Under the pieces are notes generated by a model. The model was not told where the DNA came from. It searched no databases and saw only the letters and a list, made by a program, of their open reading frames with translations. A DNA stretch of 64,000 nucleotides from Mobula hypostoma (Eukaryota), in contig NC_086097.1 of NCBI RefSeq assembly GCF_963921235.1, positions 51,214,001 through 51,278,000 of the forward strand, in the 5' to 3' direction. The position numbers and the translations under genes were made by a program. Shown here one piece after another: positions 1-64,000 of the stretch (position 1 is its first letter; each line of letters starts with the position of its first letter).

Positions 1-297
1 AGATAGGGTAACTAATAAGACAGTACTCCAACGTGCCCATATAAAAAGATCATTACTAAGAACATTAAATGAGAGGAAGCTAAAATTCCTGGGCCATGTC
101 ATCAGAAAGAGAGAAATAGAATGCCTTACATTACAAGGCCATATGCCTGGGAAACATGGAAGAAAATATATGGACACTGTGAAAAAACTAATAGATCTAA
201 GTGTGTGAGATATCATTGACGCTGCATGGGATCGTTCGATGTGGGAAGCCATGATCACCCAGGCACGTAACATGCAAGGCACATGAAGAAGAAGATC
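1..297 (+). mobile_element. RTE-type LINE 3' end fragment
   Basis: Degenerate RKLKFLGHVIR...LQG...DR..W C-terminus and (GAA)n tail. Confidence 0.65.
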
Positions 298-483
298 ATA
301 TAACTATATTTAAAAAAAAACTTTGCATGTTCATCTGAAAAAAGATTTAACAAATCAAATTCCTGCATAAGAAATATAATTTGTATAATTTATAACATAT
401 TTTCCTTCAAAAACATATGCAAATAGTCTGACTTCTGAGAACATTTTCTACCTCTGATACCTGCTTACAATGAAAGGCCTCAC

Positions 484-532
484 AAGTACTAATTTTCCTG
501 TAGGTATCAGCAAGTACTGCTCCCTGCTTGAG
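484..532 (-). CDS. NIN: Probable alternative frameshifting NIN exon (LKQGAVLADTYRKIST), homologue of the short/neuronal-isoform exon
   Basis: Acceptor ccgttctcgcag|CTC, donor T|gtgagg (other donors at 469 and 461); peptide resembles recalled human isoform tail ALLPEQRAVHADSYRRIGHL; position follows the NTQQ exon. Confidence 0.7.
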
Positions 533-1017
533 CTGCGAGAACGGTTTAAAGAATGTAAATGGCACACTTCACCTTATATTTCTGAAAGGAAAGGACTCAA
601 TATTCTACACAAGTCACAACTACAAATGACCACTTCAAATAGTATTATCAACAAATCAGATTAAAAGCATTTTATTCTAGAAATTAAAGCCACTAAAAGG
701 AACACAAAAACAGAAAATCATATTGTTGCATTTTGGTGAAAACGTAATCTATTTCTGTGAATGAATAACAAGGCAATCACACTAAGACCCAGCTTAAAAC
801 ACACAGTTGCTTCTTGGTATGCGAAATGTGATGATTGTAGCGCCAATTCCCATTTAGATCTCCGCCAAGAATTTGCAACAGTGAGTCCAAATACATCAAA
901 AGTAGTGCTATGGCATTTTGCCCACGGATCCAATACAATATAAAATTGTATTTCATACTGCCTCACTTACTTCTAAAGTGAATTTGAAGTGATAAGAATT
1001 GCTAGTTTGAACTAGAT

Positions 1018-1097
1018 CAGGGATTCTCAACCTGGGGTCCAGGGACCCCTTGTTTAATGGTATTGGTCAATGACATAAAAACGGTTGGGAACTCCTG
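1018..1097. mobile_element. hAT (Charlie-like) MITE
   Basis: TIRs cagggattctcaacc / ggttgggaactcctg; 8-bp TSD-like aactagat / gtctagat. Confidence 0.75.
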
Positions 1098-1122
1098 GTC
1101 TAGATTATTGCCTCATGTTTAC

Positions 1123-59122
<58,000 letters not shown>

Positions 59123-59699
59123 CTATTATAAAGAAGTGAGCACTTAAAATCAAATATTAGCATGAACATTGAAATACCCACAGACCATACAAAAACATAA
59201 GACACAGGAGCAGAATTAGGCCATCTGGCCCATCGAGTCTGCTCTGCCATTCAATCACGGCTGATCTTTTTTTTCTCCTCCTGTTTGAAAATTGAAAACA
59301 ATTGTTTTCAAGGCATTCAGTAATTTCTAATATAGTATATTCTCACAAAATTACAGTATCCAGATTTTCAGATGTTATATAAGCCTGTCTTGGAATTTAC
59401 ATCAATACAATTGTGAATTTTCATCAGATTATGCATTTCCTGCTCAGTTAATGCTAATGCAGACTGTCTCTGATCATAAAGTAGATCAATTGTTCTTGGC
59501 AACCTTTACAACAGCTTTTGGGAGCAGATATTAAATTATAACATTATATCATAGGAGCTTTAATGCAGTAGCAAGATTACCCCGAGACACTGTAAAATAC
59601 TTAGCTGTTATTTAGATTGAACACTCATCAGAGCACAGTCCCAGAAAAAAAAGCCCCAACAACAGACTAATGGAGGGATTGTTCCTGAAAGCTTTGATA

Positions 59700-60250
59700 G
59701 TCATAGTCATACTTTATTGATCCCGGAGGAAATTGGTTTTCGTTACAGTTGCACCATAAATAATTAAATAGTAATAAATCCATAAATAATTAAATAGTAA
59801 TATGTAAATTATGCCAGGAAATAAGTCCAGAACCAGCCTATTGACTCAGGGTGTCTGACCCTCCAAGGGAGGAGTTGTAAAGTTTGATGGCCACAGGCAG
59901 GAATGACTTCCTATGACACTCTGTGTTGCATCTCGGTGGAATGAGTCTCTGACTGAATGTACTCCTGTGCCCAACCAGTACATTATGTAGTGGATGGGAG
60001 ACATTGTCCCAGATGGCATGCCACTTAGACAGCATCCTCTTTTCAGACACCACCGTCAGAGAGTCCAGTTCCATCCCCACAACATCACTGGCCTTATGAA
60101 TGAGTTTGTTGATTCTGTTGGTGGCTGCTACCCTCAGCCTGCTGCCCCAGCACACAACAGCAAACATGATAGCACTGGCCATCACAGACTCGTAGAACAT
60201 CCTCAACCTCGTCCGGCAGATGTTAAAGGACCTCAGTCTCCTCAGGAAAT
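59700..60250 (-). mobile_element. Rex1/Babar-like LINE 3' fragment
   Basis: FLRRLRSFNI...FYESV.AS...FAVVCWG...SFLPVAIKLYN in ORF 59838..60293. Confidence 0.85.
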
Positions 60251-61339
60251 CATTAAGTATCATCAAGAACTGCCTCAAAAGAATCAGTAACAATTTAAAC
60301 TCTGCTTGGGGATTTACATCTAGGAGGGTGAGTCTTGAAAAAAATTATTTTAAATGTAATAGGACCATTTCTGAGTATGGGGTAGCATAAGCACTGATGC
60401 ACCATTGAATGTCTGAAATGAACGTATTTGACTTCTACTTGTGACCTTAAAGCGAAAACTGATAAATTCAATGCTAAAGCCTTGTGCTACCATTAAACAA
60501 ACTCATGTGAATGTAATTAATGGGACAACTTTATGGATTGCATCCCTTTCTAATGAGTGATAAAAAGAAGAGTCCATGTTGGAACCTAATCCGTAGAAAG
60601 TGCATAGGTCCTTTAAGGAACAAAATATCTTCATATTTCAATGTTATCCTGAAAAGGCAGCATGCTAAAGTGTCAGTTGAAGCAGCCAAAATGTGGTACA
60701 GTGCTGTACATCTTTCTGAGCAATATTTATACGAACCACTAGGGGGAACCTACACACCTAAGCCAAAAAGGACATTAGAAGAGAAAATTTAAAGTTCATC
60801 AATTACTCAGTTGGGAAGGCTCTGCCAATACTGTTCTTTGTTTAATTATCTCTGTTTGAATAGGCGAGGCAAATTAAACTAAGCTGTTTGATACATTGTT
60901 CCAAAAAATATACCCAATACATTATGCTTGGACAAATTTCTCAATATGTCATAAGAAATCTGATTCTAACCCTGACATCAAATAGCAGAACGCTGCCCAC
61001 AATCAGTGTTACTCAGATGCATTACTGTCACCAAGTGATCAGAAACTGAACTGGAGCAGTCACAAGGAGCAGCTGAGAGTCTGGGTATTCTGCTCAGAGT
61101 GACTCACCTCCTGAAAGCCATCTTCAATCATCTACAAAGCACAACTCAGGAACATGATGGCATACTCTATTATCTCTCTAAGTGCATGCTCATTTGGGTG
61201 GATCTATCTTTCATGTTTTGTGAAGAAGGAAACGCTGAGATCATTAACCATGAAGGGATGGCAATGTGGGAATCCTGCCATCACACAGACTTGTTTCTCT
61301 CTTTGAGTTTTAGCTCTTATGGATGTTTGCTGCGGCAAG

Positions 61340-62830
61340 AGGCTACTGTGGGAGGCAAGGGAGGAGACTGCTGAGCCTCTGGCAATGATCTTTGCATCAT
61401 CAGTGGGGACAGGAGAGGTTCCGGAGGATTGTAAGGTTGCAAGGTTGCAGATGTTGTTGCCTTATTCAAGAAAGGGAGTAGAGATAGCCCAGGAAATTAC
61501 AGACCAGTGAGTCTTACTTCAGTGGTTGGTAAGTTGATGGAGGAGATCCTGAGGGGCAGGATTTATGAACATTTGGAGAGGTATAATATGATTAGGAATA
61601 GTCAGCATGGCTTTGTTAAGGACAGGTTGTGCCTTATGAGCCTGACTGAATTTTTTGAGGATGTGACTAAACACATTGATGAAGGTAGAGCTGTAGATGT
61701 AGTGTACATGGATTTCAGCAAGGCATCTGATTAGGTAGCCCATGCAAGGCTCATTGAGAAAGTAAGGAGGCATGGAATCCAAGGTGACCTTGCTTTGTGG
61801 ATCCAGAATTGGCTTGCTCACGGAAGGCAAAGAGTGGTTGTAGATGGGTCATATTCTGTATGGAGGCCAGTGACCAGTGGTGTGCCTCAGGGATCTGTTC
61901 TGGGACCCCTTCTTTTCGTAATTTTTATCAATGACCTGGATGAGGAAGTGGAGGAAGGGATGGGTTAGTAAATTTGCTGATGACACAAAGTAGATAGTGT
62001 GGAGGGCTGTCAGAGGTTACAGCGGGACATTGATAGGATGCAAAACTAGGCTGAGAAGTGGCAGATGGAGTTCAACCCAGGTAAGTGTGAGGTAGTTCAT
62101 TTTTGTAGGTCAAATATGATGGCAGAATATAGTATTAATGGTAAGGCTCTTGGCAGTGCGGAGGATCAGAGGAATTTTGGGGTCCGAGTCCATAGGATAC
62201 TTGATGCTGCTGCACAGGTTGACTCTGTGGTTAAGAAGGCATACAGTGCACTGGCCTTTATCAACCATGGGATTGAGTTTAAGAGCCGAGGAGTAATGTT
62301 ACAGCTATATAGGACCCTGGTTAGGCCCCACTTGGAGTAATGTGCTCAGCTCTGGTCACCTCACCACAGGAAAGATGTGGATAAGGGTGCAGCAGAGTTT
62401 TACAAGAATGTTGCCTGGATTGGGGAGCATGCCTTATGAGAATAGGTTGAGTGAACCTGGCCTTTTCTCCTTGGAGTGGCAGAGGATGAGAGGTGACCTG
62501 ATAGGGGTGTATAAGATGATGAGAGGCATTGATCGTGTGGATAGTCAGAGGCTTTTTCCCAGGGCTGAAATGACTAAAATGACAGGGCAAAGTTTTAAGG
62601 TGCTGGGGAGTAGATACAGAGGAGATGTCAGGGGTAAGTTTTTTTTATGCAGAGGGCGGTGAGTGCATGGAATGGGCTGCCAGCGGCGGCGGTGAAGGCG
62701 GAAACGATAGGGTCTTTTCAGAAACTCCTGGATAGGTACATGGAGCTTAGAAAAATAGAGGGCTATGGGTTTCGGCACAGCATTGTGGGTCGAAGGGCCT
62801 GTATTGTGCTGTAGGTTTTCTCTGTTTCTA
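61340..62830 (+). mobile_element. CR1 RT region, decayed
   Basis: [26 protein letters not shown]. Confidence 0.9.
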
Positions 62831-63049
62831 TGACAGACCAGCATTTGTCATTGAGATGTTGATGAGAGGTGCGTTCCACGACCATCCTACTGATTGTTGC
62901 TTTTCTCAAGGCAATTCCAATGCAGTGAAGAAGCACAGGCAATGAAAAAGAAAGACAAATTTCCCAGTGAGGACACTATACAGGTATTAAACTACATAGC
63001 TGACACGTAAAAGCTTCTCTTGTTTTTATCGTTTTACAGCATGAAAACT

Positions 63050-63800
63050 GTCCACTGTATTAATGCTGATCATCAAGTACCATTTACACTAATCCTTCAC
63101 TAGTCCCATTTTAATTTCCCACATTCCCATCTACCCTCTGCCCCCCCCATTCCACCTACACACTAGGGTAAATTGACAGTGGCTTGTTAACGTCCCAAAC
63201 TACAGCACATCTTTGGAATAAGGGAGCAAAAAGGACACCTAGAGAAAATACATTTGGCTACGGGGAAAAAGAGCAAGCTTCACACACAACATGTGAGGTC
63301 AGGATTGAATGCAAGCCGCCGGACATGCGAGGCAGCATCTCCACTAGGTCTACATTGGTACAGAATCTGCCTGATCTGAATAAAAGTAGCTCTCTAGGGA
63401 CAGTGCATTAACGTTCGGCGGTACATCACTTCAGTTGCGCAACAGACTGCTTTGTACAAATGAGGGGGTAAAAGAGATTAGAGAGGTTAGCTTTATTTGT
63501 CACATGTACATGGAAACATACAGTGAAATGTGTTTTTTTGCATCAATCCAAGTCAGTGGAAATCGTGCTGGGGCAGCCTGCAAGTGTCACCATGCTTCCT
63601 GTGCCAATGTAGCATGCCCACAACGTACCAGCCTTAACCCATATGTCTTTGGAATGTGGGAGAAAACTGGACGATCTAGAGGAAACCCACATGGTCAGAG
63701 GGAAAATGTACAAGCTCCTTACAGGTGGCAGTGGGAATTGAACCCTAACTGGTGATCATTGGCACTGTAACAGTGTTACACTAATCACCATGCTATCGCA
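63050..63800 (-). mobile_element. Decayed tRNA-SINE fragments (HE1-like)
   Basis: tgtctttggaatgtgggagaaaactgg...gaggaaacccac-type segments occur twice. Confidence 0.55.
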
Positions 63801-64000
63801 TCACCCTTAAGGTACCACACTGCTGCTTTTAAACAACTCAGTGCCTCACTTATAGTGGCAAGTATAGAATCCTTCTCAGCATAAAGGGTGTTGAAAAGGC
63901 ACATAGTTTTGCAGTGCGAGTTTACACTTATCTCCAATGTACTGCTGGAGAAGCAGCCTTTTCTAAATGAATAGTAATTTTCTGTTGAGCAAAAGGAAAA

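Noticed and set aside
271..276. RBFOX site (UGCAUG on minus strand) downstream of the 484-532 exon
   Set aside because: A single hexamer lying inside an RTE fragment; not enough to call a regulatory site.
59123..64000. Further upstream NIN exon
   Set aside because: No splice-flanked open segment resembling the preceding ninein block was found; it is presumably beyond the window.

Overview
Vertebrate genomic DNA, most likely a cartilaginous fish (ray/skate type, inferred from HE1-like SINEs and the CR1/Penelope repeat content). The whole window lies inside one minus-strand gene, ninein (NIN). I traced by hand 21 consecutive coding exons (59122 down to 1123; 4872 nt = 1624 codons, all splice phases consistent). 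They include a 1683-nt symmetric exon, a GC-AG intron and an in-exon 15-nt duplication. There is also a probable homologue of the frameshifting alternative exon that gives mammalian ninein its short (neuronal-type) C-terminus (484-532). Both ends of the gene lie outside the window. The introns are mostly mobile DNA: a near-intact CR1 LINE (esterase ORF1 + APE/RT ORF2, with a U-UUA-AAC slippery site at the junction), many CR1/Rex1/RTE fragments, a full-length Tc1, hAT MITEs, a Gypsy remnant, solo LTRs and tRNA-SINEs. There are also several Penelope-derived insertions carrying minimal hammerhead ribozyme cores. One is a perfect fold-back with a hammerhead on each strand; another has a ~95-bp G-rich tandem array. 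Homology calls rest on recalled family and protein motifs, not on database searches, and TE fragment boundaries are approximate unless a TSD or TIR is given.
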